A stretch of 64,000 nt of DNA, taken from Octopus vulgaris (taxonomy: Eukaryota). Of the stretch, positions 51,969 to 64,000 are shown piece by piece; the first letter of the stretch is position 1; every line of letters begins with the position of its first letter. Where the stretch lies: positions 29,698,001-29,762,000 of the forward strand of contig OX597830.1 in NCBI GenBank assembly GCA_951406725.2, read 5' to 3'. A program made the translations under genes and the position numbers. The notes below the pieces were generated by a model. That model made no database searches, was not told the origin of the DNA, and saw only the letters and a list, made by a program, of their open reading frames with translations.

Positions 51969-53027
51969 GAACGGTGTTCCACAGGGCACTGTTTTGGGAC
52001 CACTACTGTTCATAATGGCCCTCTCAGACATGCCCTCAGCCACGCAGAGAGCCACGATCACAAATAAATGCAGATGATACAGGCAATACAGAACCCTAAA
52101 GACACTAAGCACCTGCAAAATATACAAGTGGGCTGAAAAGAATAGCATGCAGTTCAATGCTGAAAAGTTTCAAGCTTTATGCTATCAGCATGCAAAACTA
52201 AATGCAATACCCAATGAATACACTGGACCCGGAGGGATTGCAATCCCAGAGGCACAATCAGTGCGTGACCTGGGTAATTACATGAGTGATGACGCAACCT
52301 TTCATGTACATGTTTCTAAATTGGCAATGAAATGTAGACGGCTGGCCGGATGGATTTTTAGAACCTTTAGAACAAGAGACCAAGAAACCATGATGGTCCT
52401 CTGGAGGACACTTGTCCTAAGCCACTTTGACTATTGCTCTCAGCTATGGTCACCATCCAGTGTCAAGTTGATCACAGAACTTGAGGCGATCCAACGAAGC
52501 TACACGAAGAAGATAGCCTCTGTGCAGCATATAAGCTACTGGGAAAGTCTCAAGAGATTAAAACTCTATTCCTTGGAGCGTAGGCGAGAAAAATATGCCA
52601 TAATATACCTCTGGAAGATCCTGGAAGGACTTGTCCCAAACTTTGGCATCGAGAGTTACACAAATGCCAGAACTGGGCGCCACTGCGTGGTGCCAAGGAC
52701 TCCAAATTTGCCATCAAGATGTAGGACAAGATACTGTGATAGCCTGGGCTTCAGAGGCCCACAGCTCTTCAATATCCTCCCGAAGAACCTGAGGGACCTG
52801 CATGGGGTGGATGCGGATGTCTTTAAAGTAGGACTGGATCTCTTCCTGTCAGGTGTCCCGGATGAACCAGCTTCACGGCAGGATGTGCGGATGAGGGCAG
52901 CTGCATCGAACTCTCTCATGCACCAAATGGCAGTTGCTAAAAAGCATTCGTGAGGTAAAATCATGTAACAACACCAAATGGCGGTGCCCCAGCATGGCCA
53001 CAGCTCGTGAGCTGAAACTAGATAAAA
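51969..53027 (+). pseudogene. 5'-truncated CR1-clade LINE (RT C-terminal half plus 3' UTR); includes ORF 52147-52953
   Basis: NGVPQGTVLGPLLF, a frameshifted ADD motif, then MQFNAEKFQ..VRDLG..RTLVLSHFDYCSQLWSP..LEAIQRSYTKKI..SYWESLKRLKLYSLERRRE. Flanked by TA repeats. Confidence 0.93.
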
Positions 53028-53308
53028 TATATATATATATATATATTCATATATGAAACCATATCTGTAAAGTGTTTGTGTGTATATGTGTCCATTTATA
53101 CATATAAGTATCGTATTCAAATTGAATAATTAAAAATAGAAATAAAAAATAATTATAAAAATCACGGAATGCTGAGAGCAGAGTCTGGCAATTTATCTGT
53201 TATATGAATTAGAACATGTCACTAGCAATGGAAAGAAATCTACTAAATGAAATGCATAATTCTGAAGGCTTTCAGAAGTATTGTCTAAGTAATTCTCAAA
53301 TGAATTCT

Positions 53309-53348
<40 letters not shown>

Positions 53349-53656
53349 ATTATAAACACTCGCATACATATATGGCTGTGTGCACATTTACATACACATA
53401 TTAACAATATATACAAAGAATGTTGCATATTTTCTCACCCCCCCTTTTTCTCTCTGTCTATTTTTCTCCCTTCTATGCAGATACATACTTACAATTATAC
53501 TTATTCAAAAAGACAAACGCACGTATATTAATGTGTAGTGTGCATACATACATACATATATATATATATAAACGTATAAATATGTGTATGTATATGTTTA
53601 TTCGAATATATACATACATACATATATATATATACATATATAAATATACATATATA

Positions 53657-53693
<37 letters not shown>

Positions 53694-54919
53694 ATAAGTA
53701 TGTGCCCGTATATATACAGACACATAAATATAGAGACACATTGATAGCTATATGGAACAGTAATCAAGATTCTGTAAGTGTAGATATTATTTACGTTATT
53801 TTCTTTATCGTGCTGCACAGCAGTTGAAATGTCGAATGAGCAGCACATAGGCGCCAGGGGTTACGAAGCAGACGTTAAGATAAACTTTGCTGAACTCCCC
53901 TTTAAAAAAAAAAAAAAAAGATGCTGCTTCATTCAAGCAGTTGAAGACACATGTCTGGTCATTTCATTCATGATGGAAGGTGGCGAGCCAAAACACGTAC
54001 GACTTAGTTTATGTCGGCGATGCTACGGTTGTGTTGTTATTAGTCTGTGATGCTAAGTAGCGGTAATTGTGTAGACTGTGTTGCTCTTCTTTAACTGACT
54101 TGCACTTATTTGTGCCGACGTTAATCATGTTCTTTTTATTTGACCTCCAGCTGAACTCCGGTGAAAGTCAACCCTGATCGAAATAGTCCTATGATTAAAG
54201 GCACCCTATCCATAATGATGTATGCTTTTCGGGATATGTATTGAAAGTGGCTAATTTTAATATTTTAATAGAGGGAAAAATCTTATCGAACGTTTATTTA
54301 TTTCAAAATTAGGGCATCCCAAACACGTTCAAGTTGTTACATCTACTTAATGTTATCAGCCAGTTATTTATACCTAATATGTACCACCAGAAAGTGATAA
54401 CAATAAAAGACTGTCACTAACTTAAACTGTAAATTAAACTATAGAATGTGATATGGGGAAAAATGTAGCTGCCACTATCAGTAGCTTGAAGTAATGATTT
54501 CTTCGTCGACTTTTGCTTTGCGATGTTTAAAAGTCTGGATATATTTCCGTTATGTGTTCATCTCTGATCAAAGTTTACATTGATTATGATCTTATTCAGA
54601 AATCAAGCCGCATTCACGGACGATCGTGGGTTGTTCATATGTTCCATGTTTTGCTTCTGTAAGTCCCGGTTAGACGAAGACACGCTCAATTCTTCCATTA
54701 TTTGACTCAAGACACATCCTGGGGGATAGGTAGAGCTGGACTACGAGAGCGGTACGCATTATTATTATGTGAATAGAATGTAAATGAAGTTCGTTGTTCC
54801 TGAACAAAACACGTATTCTAGCTCAGGAATTGAAACCCCGGACACTGATCGCGTACAACTGAACAACTTGAACGCAAAGCGACGTGCAAGATTTATCCCT
54901 GTAATTACCTTTTAATTAC

Positions 54920-55065
54920 TTAGATTCCCAATTTTGGCACATAGCAAGCAATTTCGAAGAAGGGGTTAAGGCGATTAAATCGTCCCCAGTGTTTAATTGA
55001 TAATTATTCTATCGACCGCGAAAAGATATAAGCCAAAGTCGAACCCGGCGGAATTTGAGCTTAAA
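54920..55065 (-). mobile_element. SINE family B, partial, old
   Basis: TATCGACCGCGAAAAGATATAAGCCAAAGTCGAACCCGGCGGAATTTGAGCT. Confidence 0.65.
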
Positions 55066-55539
55066 TTAATATTATCGACTGTTAGGGCGACCACAGCTTC
55101 AGTTTGGGCAACACCATTTGTGTAGAATTTGGTAAACAAATGCTGTGTAAATACACAACTTATATATATGAACGTGTGATTCTGTGTAAATATGCATCGT
55201 CTATCAATATATATATTCATGAATACTGCGATGCTAATCGCCAATGTTGGTAGAATGTGTAGTCTGATGATTGGGATCGTGAAATTCGACCAACTAGATG
55301 CGAAAGGCGAACGGAAAGAATTATAAACAACTCTCGCTTCTCGGCATGGAGTACTATTTGGAATGTTTTACCTGTATCTATACACTTCACACACACACAC
55401 ATACACACACAAATACATACACACAAAAAGATGTCTACATAAACACGCTCACTTGTAGATCACTCTAATTGCATATGATGATAGTGTACATGTTCTCTAT
55501 CACTTTCTTTATTCAAATATGCAACAGAACATTGTTTCC

Positions 55540-55858
55540 AACATTGACAATGCACGTGCGCCATCGGTGAACCTGACTCCCGATTCCCCTTTCAAAAATT
55601 TCAGGTGTGGATTGTTCTACTCACTTCTTGTTGCACACCAGAGGGGATGTTGTTAAGTGCCTGGTTTTTTGGGTATCACGAAAGATCTGTTTGGATGCCC
55701 AAACTTCCGAGTTCTTTTACAAAGCTTAGAAAAACTGAAGGACCGCTGCAATGAGTGTGTAAATCTGGGAGGGGAATATGTTAGATAAAATCATAATTAT
55801 CTGATCCTCCTATATTGTCTTTTACCCAGAGCCAGGAAATTTTCAGCACCTGCTCGTA
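55540..55858 (+). mobile_element. 3' end of an old mariner (irritans-like)
   Basis: SLEKLKDRCNECVNLGGEYVR* followed by TIR-like AATTTTCAGCACCTGCTCG|TA. Confidence 0.6.
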
Positions 55859-55901
55859 AAAATAAAATAAACATCATCCGTATCCTTATCCTCCTCCTCC
55901 T

Positions 55902-55952
<51 letters not shown>

Positions 55953-55989
55953 TAACAACAACAGTAGCAGCAGCCCCTGTGATATATCA

Positions 55990-56800
55990 TCAGCTCAGTG
56001 CCGATGAGTGTCCTTCATTAGAAGGAGCAAACAGAAGTCGAACGGCGTAATATGGGTATTCGGGTAGTTGGAGGAGCGCTCACCTGCTCAAATTGCCAGT
56101 TGCCCCAATCTTCGTAAACTGATTTGTAGTTGTACCTTATCATGGTACTTATGGAACATTTCAGATTCTAGTTCAGTTTCTTCCAATTAAGTATTTGAGT
56201 ACCTCAAGTACCACTGACTGTTCGACTTACAGTAACATTCCGAAAGATTAAGGAGAATGATGATTTCCGGTTTCCTGTGCTGATCATTATATTTTGAATT
56301 TCTTAGGTCCTAGAGGCGAAGTATGTGACCATTCCATGGACTGAACATTTGTTTCCGGATGATAAATGTACAAATCTTATTGACCTCTTGTTACCAGATA
56401 AAATATTTAAAAACCGTCTTCATTTCTTTCAAACCTTTCTTACAGATCTCATCTGATTTCTACCATTCGGACTTTCAAATCGGGTTTCAACTACAGAAGT
56501 AGACTGTTTGTACACACTTTACGATACTTAAAATCTTTTCAATATCTTCAACGATGCATTGACAACAGTCTAGTTGTTGGGCTTAATCATTGATTGAAAC
56601 TAGTCCGTATGCACGAAACAATTCTGCACTCGTTATTGGTTCGTGTCATTGGTCTCAGTTGATGGTTTCCCACTGCTTGGTTTGTCCATAATGTTGTTTT
56701 CCCTTACGTTAACTTCTCATTGCTCTTATCAATGGTGTCATCTCTGTAAACAGAGCCTTCAGTAGATTCCGGAGAGATGGCACCATTCCTTCGTCAACAA
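55990..56800 (-). pseudogene. Very old mariner transposase remnant
   Basis: Minus frame YIYHPETNVQSMEWSHTSPLGPKKFK (~56290-56375) matches the mariner pattern YDPETKxQSMEW.H..SP.PKKFK. Boundaries uncertain. Confidence 0.5.
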
Positions 56801-57319
56801 CTCGACGACCGTCCGTTTGTTTTTCTTCTTCGAATACATAATATACCCGCAAAAGAACGATATAAAACCATACAGAAGAATTACACTATAGGAAGAGTTC
56901 CTCAGATAAAAAGTGTGGATTGAACGACCCGTGCCAATTAATAAAAACATTATGCCCAGTTTTGCTTTCGTATTTATCAGTCATCATGAGTCGTATAGCT
57001 GTTACTACAGCGATCATATCACTAACAGACTGAAAATATATAATATATGTTGTTTTGAGACAAGATTGTAAATTCCACAGTATTTAATGAATTATTATGC
57101 ACTAAGAAAATAGTTGAAAAAGGAAAGAGAATTCCATGGAGACATTATCTACACGGTAAAAAAAACCCCCACTAATACGGAAGGCTACGTTACTTAATGT
57201 CGTAGACTAGACAAATATTTAATGAATTACCATTACACAAGTAATGAACATATAAGAATCATTACCTTGAACGATTAAGGATATTGTTATGAATAGAATA
57301 TTATTTCCGAATTCAAAAC

Positions 57320-57321
57320 GA

Positions 57322-57364
<43 letters not shown>

Positions 57365-57543
57365 ATTTGGCTCAGAAGCAAATAGCAAGGCCATGTAGGG
57401 GGACATGGAGTTAAGTACAGGGTGGTGTTCATGTAAAGAGTTCAGGCCACTTGAGGTCAAGGGAGGCTTTGAACAAAGCGGTCGTCGGCATCTTCACCAT
57501 CTCGTCTGGCAGTTTGTTCCACGGATCCGCAACCCGGACGGAT
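57320..57543 (-). mobile_element. Extreme 3' end of a second CR1 family with (TAAC)n tail
   Basis: Minus frame SVRVADPWNKLPDEMVKMPTTALFKASLDLKWPELFT*, short UTR, (TAAC)n. GATTAG at both ends. Confidence 0.82.
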
Positions 57544-57837
57544 TAGAAATAAAGTAGCGAGAAGTTCTTGTTCGGAAATTGGATCTCACTTTTGGAAAAT
57601 TTATGATATCCCAATATATTATAATCATCTCACTGCGAAATTAAAGTTCGCGGTTATTTAAGATTTAAAGATAAGTATCTTCCAAAAAAAAAAAGAAAAA
57701 GAATAAACGAAAAGCGGATTTGGTATTTTCTGCAAGTCACGTTGTATCAATTAACTTAACGTACCTTAACAGAAAATGATTTCAAACATCTTTAACTAAA
57801 GTTAAATTGGTATGTATAACTACTCTCCGAAGTTAAC

Positions 57838-57986
57838 GTTACTTAGCGGTTCGGCAAAAGAGACCGATAGAATAAGTACTGGGGCTTACAAAAGAATAAG
57901 TCCCGGGGTCGATTTGCTCGATTAAAGGCGGTGCTCCGGCATGGCCGCAGTCAAATGACTGAAACAAGTAAAAGAGTAAAAGAGTA
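57838..57986 (+). mobile_element. SINE family A, 3' half, well preserved
   Basis: Near-identical to 41320-41460. Confidence 0.92.
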
Positions 57987-58441
57987 GACGAATAAATTTT
58001 TCGCGGATGTAATTGCTTTCCGCAGTAAAGGGGTCATACGATTACCTAAGTTATGAATATGATTCCATAAAGTTTTATGCATACACATTTGATAATGGTG
58101 TATCTATCCATCAATCTATCTAGCTAGCTATATACAATTTAAAAATAGGATAAAATCTTTATAAGAAATTATCATGTAGTTAGCGTGAAAAACATCATAA
58201 AGGAAAAATTTATTATTTATTCCTTTTAAATATATTTATTTATATTAAGGGCATTACTATACATAAATGCCACACGCTAGGAGGGACTCTTAAAGTCAAA
58301 ACTACCATAATAAACACATTGTACCGTACGCGAGGGAATGCATCTCTCGAAGCGAGCCTTTTAAAAAGAGATTCAGCTGCAGATCATATGATTTCATTAT
58401 TAGGGCACAAAATGCACTTTTTAATCGTCAGTGCATGCATA

Positions 58442-58537
<96 letters not shown>

Positions 58538-58559
58538 TATATTTATATATATATATATG

Positions 58560-58800
58560 TTACAGAGATTCACTTGCATAGCAAAAATGAAATGATCTGA
58601 GATCGTGTGCTGAAACAAAACTAATTGCAGCGTGGAAGACGTTTGTAAGCCATTCAAGAGCACACAAAAACCGTTACTTTTACTTCAACATTTTTCGCTT
58701 TGAAACCGTGACCTGTTCACTGACAAAACTTCGACCTGTGAAAATAGCGGATTTTGTGTGTACTTGAATGGCTTGAAAATATCTTCCACGCTGCAATTAT
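58560..58800 (-). mobile_element. Fold-back element of the 40531/23556 family
   Basis: Arms 58623-58676 / 58744-58797. Minus-strand tail TGTTTCAGCACACGATCTCAGATC. Within microsatellites. Confidence 0.7.
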
Positions 58801-58863
58801 ACATGTATATATAAATGAATGTAAGCATGAATATATACCTATATGAGTGTGTATGTGTATGAT

Positions 58864-58915
<52 letters not shown>

Positions 58916-59835
58916 ATTATACACATACACACTCATATATGTATATATACATGCTTACATTCATTTATACCTACTTACCTACCTACCTACCTACCTACCT
59001 ACTCACAGACATTCATAGATATATACATACATACATACATACATACAAATATACATACATACATGTGTGTGTGCGCGTGCGGGCGCGTACGTATATGCAG
59101 AAATCTACGGTAGGAAATCTATTGTTTGACTCTCGATGTGGAAAACCTGCTAAAGGTTATTTAGATTATAGAGATTATAAAGTTATTTAATATCTACAGA
59201 AGTTTGAAGCCCGAAGTTCTTCGATTTGTTTTGTCTTCACAAAAATTAATTGCTGAATTCATTTATCCTTTTCCCTTACCTACTGCTCTAATTTTAATTA
59301 AGTAAATAAATTTTGTGGGGCGAATGGGTTCTGAAACTCACTATGGGAGCTCAGACTTAAATGTTTAGAAAAGAGACAATTTGTTGAGTTAATAACAATG
59401 TGGGTTTAGATCTGGAAACATACGCTACAGAGAGGGTATTAGATGATGACTGACCAGCGTCATGTGACAAGCAATGTCTGGAAGGATATGTCTGACAAGT
59501 AATATCTGACAAGCTATAGTCTGAAAGTAAAGCTTCGCCCATTCATTATAATTATTCTCATCAATCATAATTTAGTCAAAGACACACCGGCAGGTATATT
59601 TATAATAATGCTGCTGTTACTGCTATTATCAGTATTGGTTCAAATGCTGATGCAGCTAATGGTAATGATGTTGATGAAATGATGGAAGATCACCCTTTCT
59701 AGGGAAGAGATTAGTCTGCTGAATTACTGATATTCGCTTTATTCATTTCTTATGAACTAAGTTTGCCCAAGTTGGGCTTCATCTCCGAACGGGGAATATA
59801 TAAATAATTTGCGAAAAGGCTGTCATATATATAAA

Positions 59836-60215
59836 GGCGCGGGTAAGGGTGTCTGGTGAGAAGCTCTCTCTCCCCAGCGACATTGTTCCAGATTCAGTCT
59901 CCCCGTCTAACACCTTGGGCAGATCCCTTCTACTATAGCCTCGGGTCAACCAAAACTTTCAGAGTGGATTTGGTAGAATCAAACTGAAGGATATCCGTCG
60001 CATAAGAGCATGTCTGTGTCTTCGTGTCTGTGTTTGATCCACACCAACGCTTGACAATCGGTGTTGGTTTGTTCAAACCTACAGGTTCGGCCAAAGAGAC
60101 CGATGGAGTAAGCGCCAGGCTTTAAAAAATATAAGCAGTGGGGTCGATTCATTCGACTAAAAATTTTTGAAGGCGATGCGCCAGTATGGCCGCAGTCTAA
60201 TGACTGAAACAATAA
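59836..60215 (+). mobile_element. SINE family A, diverged
   Basis: CACCTTGGGCAGAT..TCTACTATAGCCTCGGG..GAGTGGATTTGGTAGA..CCAGTATGGCCGCAGTCTAATGACTGAAAC. Confidence 0.85.
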
Positions 60216-60851
60216 TAGGTTAGTTAAAATTAATTAAAATATGTTTGACAAAATTTTTTGTCTGCACAGTAATTGCAGTGAATTTATTTTTTAAAGTTGA
60301 AATACGTCACAAACATTTTAACTCACTACTGTTCGCTTATGCCTAACACTGACATATTTCTTCCGACCTGCCAGTCTTATAGCACCATATGAGTCAATGT
60401 TGTTGACTGTGTTTTAGCTAAAGTTACGGCTTTAAATCTGTCCAGAGTTACCACTCTTCGGTATTTCCTATTGATAACGACTAAAGAACTAGCAACACAG
60501 CGTCTGGGAATCTGAAAGTGGGCAGCACTGGACACATGTGACGTTTTTACACCTTTAACCATAAGAGAGTTTTCGTCTTCTTCATTGTAACTGCAGTGAA
60601 TTTGCTTTTGTCACAAAAATATTTTAACTAACTTAAATTTCGCATATGTGTGTGTGTATGCGCGCGCTTGTGTATGTGTGTTTGAAAGTTTATGAGGATT
60701 AGATAATACAGTTTTTAAGTGTAAATGTAGTTTTAAAAAATATACTTTTAAAAACGTTATGAAATCGGGTATGAAGATGTTAGTAATCTTTTGGAGAAAT
60801 AATTTTTTCTAGTGTATGACCGCTTTCGTTAAACCTTTTCAAACACACACA

Positions 60852-60937
<86 letters not shown>

Positions 60938-60941
<4 letters not shown>

Positions 60942-61238
60942 ACCTCTTCGGTCATAACTAATCATGGGATTGCACCTAGTCTGGGTAAGGTTGTTTATGG
61001 AAGACCAGCAGTCGACCATGCATACCAACCTCCCCTCTCTACACCACTGATGCCTTCCAAGGGAAAGGCGAAAGCCGATACAGCTTGGCACAACTCATTT
61101 CTACAGTTGAGTGAATTGGAGCAATGTGAAGTAAAGTGTCTTGCTCAAGAACACAACACGTAGCCTGGTCCGGGATTCGAACTCACAACCTCACGATTGT
61201 AAGCTCTACTCTCTTACCACTGATCTATGCGCCTTCAC
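60938..61238 (-). mobile_element. SINE (head D + tail W)
   Basis: 61090-61238 matches 27218-27359 (ACAACTCATTT..AAAGTGTCTTGCTCAAG..TCGAACTCACAACC). The remainder is unrelated to tail X. Confidence 0.85.
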
Positions 61239-61266
61239 ACACACAGACACACACACACACATATAC

Positions 61267-61329
<63 letters not shown>

Positions 61330-61582
61330 CATGCTCACACTCGTGTGTGTCATAGACATGTCATGTATGTATACATACAGAGCATGAGAGAGAGAGAGTG
61401 AGGGAGAACTGCTGCAGACACACCTATAGCCTTTCTATCAATCTTCCGTAGTATGTCTCCAATTCCTATATTATTTGCATATAAAATTAATTCGTAATCT
61501 GGAAAATTTACAAAAAAATCGTATAGTGACTCAATCGAGTTGAAAACAGAATTTGTGGAAGGAAGGAACATATGAAAAACAA

Positions 61583-61815
61583 AATGGCCTAGTGGTTAGG
61601 GCAGCGGACTTGCGGTCGGAGGATCGCGGTTTCGATTCCCAGACCGGGCGTTGTGTGTGTTTATTGAGCGAAAAAAACACCTAAAAGCTCCACGAGGCTC
61701 CGGCAGGAGGTGGTGATCCCTGCTGTACTCTTTCACCACTCTAAAGGCGGTGCTCCAGCATGGCCGCAGTCAAATGACTGAAACAAGTACAAAAAAAAAA
61801 AAAAAAAAAAAAAAA
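61583..61815 (+). mobile_element. Chimeric SINE: head C joined to the family A tail, with poly(A)
   Basis: 61583-61741 matches 41941-42100. 61741-61790 is CTAAAGGCGGTGCTCCAGCATGGCCGCAGTCAAATGACTGAAACAAGTA, as in 41395-41443. Confidence 0.88.
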
Positions 61816-62351
61816 TATGATATATGCTCGTAAAGATATCTCTCAAAGTACCGCCAACTAGAAGAAATGTGATGGACACATATATCTAAGTCTGTTGTGT
61901 CTGTTACGGGAAAATGTTCTCCAGAATTAGGACTTGAAATTTCTGGTATATTTTCACCATTGATGTTTCTACAAAGGCTGTGCTTGCCACTCTTCAGAAA
62001 GGTTTTCTCACTAACGGTTGTCCATTCACGAGTCGTATGTCCTATTCTGGTAAAATTTATAGGTGATGCAGAAATAACTGAGGAGAAATACTATTTTAAG
62101 GCCTCTGTGTTTTGTCCACCACTCTGACACTTTTTGCCATAGTTAGTTACTATGCAGCGGAAAAACCACCCGTCTATCTTTACTTTTTGGTTATTGAATG
62201 CCACCAATTAGAATATTGCTTATAACATTATTTGTCGTATTCACTTTGGGCTGACTAGAAAGTATAGAATGTAGAAGGCTGTGGGCGTGTGATAACATTT
62301 CAGAAAACCAGAAGTGCAAGCTGGGTCTACGCTTGACAAAGGACCACAATA

Positions 62352-62863
62352 CCATAAATCCTCGAGTATAGTCCGCCCTTGAGTATAATACCCAGGGGAT
62401 TTTTAGGGGCTGTACCTCTGAAAATCCTAAACCTTGTGTATAATACGCACCCCTTCTCTAACTTGAGTCAAGGAGGTCTATATAACGTCCTTGTTTTGTA
62501 AAAATGTATACGGTAACACCCTCTATTGTTATTGCATATATAACATAATGCAAACGTGTAGCTCTTTTGTGCATTTTGTTTGCAGTAAATAAAAAAAAAT
62601 AACAGTAATAATTTTTAATATATGTTGCTTACTGCAATTTGTGGACGACTTTTTATGACTTCATTGCTTTCAGGCTTAGGTTAAGGTATTTTCGCGCTGG
62701 ACATCACAAAATACGTCTGAGTAAACATTGCCGGACAGCAAATAGAGACTCGGACATTGCTTAGAAAATAATTTTAATTTTTAATCTCGTGTATAGTACG
62801 CACGAGGGATTTTGACCTTTAAATTTTGGGGAAAAAATGTGGATTATACTCGAGGATTTACGG
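62352..62863. mobile_element. Non-autonomous Tc2/pogo-type DNA transposon (MITE)
   Basis: TA|CCATAAATCCTCGAGTATAGTCCGC ... GTGGATTATACTCGAGGATTTACGG|TG. Internal GTATAATAC/GTATAGTACGCAC sub-repeats; no ORF. Confidence 0.82.
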
Positions 62864-63235
62864 TGCTTTTATGAAAGTAATTTACCAGGTGTTTCAGCTA
62901 CAGCATATGCTTGTGCATCAGGATCCTCTACATAGCCATGCAAATATTAGCTATAATAGCAGAAGAACAGCAAGAATAATGGTTATATTAATAAAGAAAA
63001 TAATAGACCAATGTGTACCGATTGTATTGACGATTATATTTATCTAGAAGAGATGACATAGCATTATAAAGAATATATTCCTCACATATAATGTACAGCT
63101 AAATATATGACAACGGCAATATAATAGATAATGCCTTTTATAACACAAATGATGTGGTCTGTAATCAAGAAAAATGTAATTGAGGCAGTAAATATGAAGA
63201 ACTACGTGAAAAGCTATAAACTTCACAGAATGATG

Positions 63236-63486
63236 TTACACTATACTAATGAAGCTAATTACAAAGTATGCTATGTGAGAAATACTAACACATCTAAATA
63301 CCCACAAGCTGACAAAAATAAAGGAAGCTTTAATGACAAGACTGTCTGACGCCGTGTACACGTCAATAACGCTGATAGGAGCCGCGGCAGCTGTCGTGTT
63401 CAGACCGAGTTCACATCGCCCGACAGTGTTGTGGTCGCCATCAGATTCTACCGAGAGAGACGTATGGCGACCCAACAGCGTAGATT
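63236..63486 (-). CDS. Weak candidate terminal exon encoding a hydrophobic C-terminus
   Basis: CpG-rich non-repeat patch at 63345-63482 with a possible acceptor CTCTTAG|AA. Open frame STLLGRHTSLSVESDGDHNTVGRCELGLNTTAAAAP..LVIKASFIFVSLWVFRCVSISHIAYFVISFISIV*. No homology recognised. Confidence 0.22.
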
Positions 63487-64000
63487 CTAAGAGTGTGTCA
63501 ATCTGCTAGAAATAGCAACCAATCCTCCTTCAAATCATTTTTTACGCACTAATAAAACTTATTCAGAAAAATGTACCCTGAAGGCAATATGCCTTAAAGA
63601 AAGATGTATTGGTTGCAGCTTGAATACCTTTGCTCATTGCTTTCCCTAACCAGGGCCTGGATTACGAGAATAAACAATATGAACTAAAATATGATGGATC
63701 ATCACATGCGTTTTTGATTTTTAAAAAATAGTAGCTGAATTTCCCTCAAAATATTACATTCACAACTTTCAAATGTAGAAAATATAGGTAATGTGATCTT
63801 TGATGTACTATCTATCATGGATATAATATATACGACATGGTCATGGGTGGAACATTAACAATAAAATTTATCTGTCTAGTGTAGTACTAGACACCACTCT
63901 ACAGTAAGAGCAAACAAGAATGGACAGTGGAATTAGTAGAACATGACCAAACTACAATCAAACTATGGTGAAATCAAACGAATGTTTTCCGCCATTCAAG

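Noticed and set aside
52656-53120. 154-aa minus-strand ORF
   Set aside because: Antisense shadow of the CR1 ORF.
55888-55977. (TCC)(CAT)(CAG) run as a poly-Q/poly-H coding exon
   Set aside because: Lies between transposon remnants with no splice sites or extended ORF.
61816-62092. ~90-codon stop-free frame on the minus strand
   Set aside because: No start codon, no convincing splice sites and no recognisable motif.

Overview
AT-rich, microsatellite-saturated eukaryotic DNA with no securely identifiable host gene. The SINE, LINE and microsatellite content resembles an octopus (coleoid cephalopod) genome; this is an inference from recognising repeat families. Nearly all supplied ORFs are translations of (TA)n, (CA)n, (TAA)n or (GAA)n tracts. 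Supportable content: decayed Tc1/mariner elements (a maT/DD37D-type element, four mariners, a Tc2/pogo-type MITE), two head-to-tail Helitrons, R4/Dong-type RLE LINE fragments mostly beside (TAA)n, four CR1-clade LINE fragments, one RTE fragment and many tRNA-headed SINEs with swappable heads and tails. There is also a set of short, often fold-back elements carrying hammerhead-ribozyme-like motifs, interpreted as Penelope-like pLTR remnants. Most notable: (1) a CR1 copy with a sharply bounded ~480-nt tract of sense-strand A>G hypermutation, consistent with an ADAR-hyperedited RNA that was reverse-transcribed into the genome; (2) a fold-back whose two arms together reconstruct a complete type-I hammerhead; (3) a divergent fold-back family sharing a conserved ~24-aa ORF start, with TSDs and an empty-site paralogue inside the window. 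One weak candidate terminal exon lies at the right end. All alignments and counts were done by eye, and coordinates of decayed elements are approximate.
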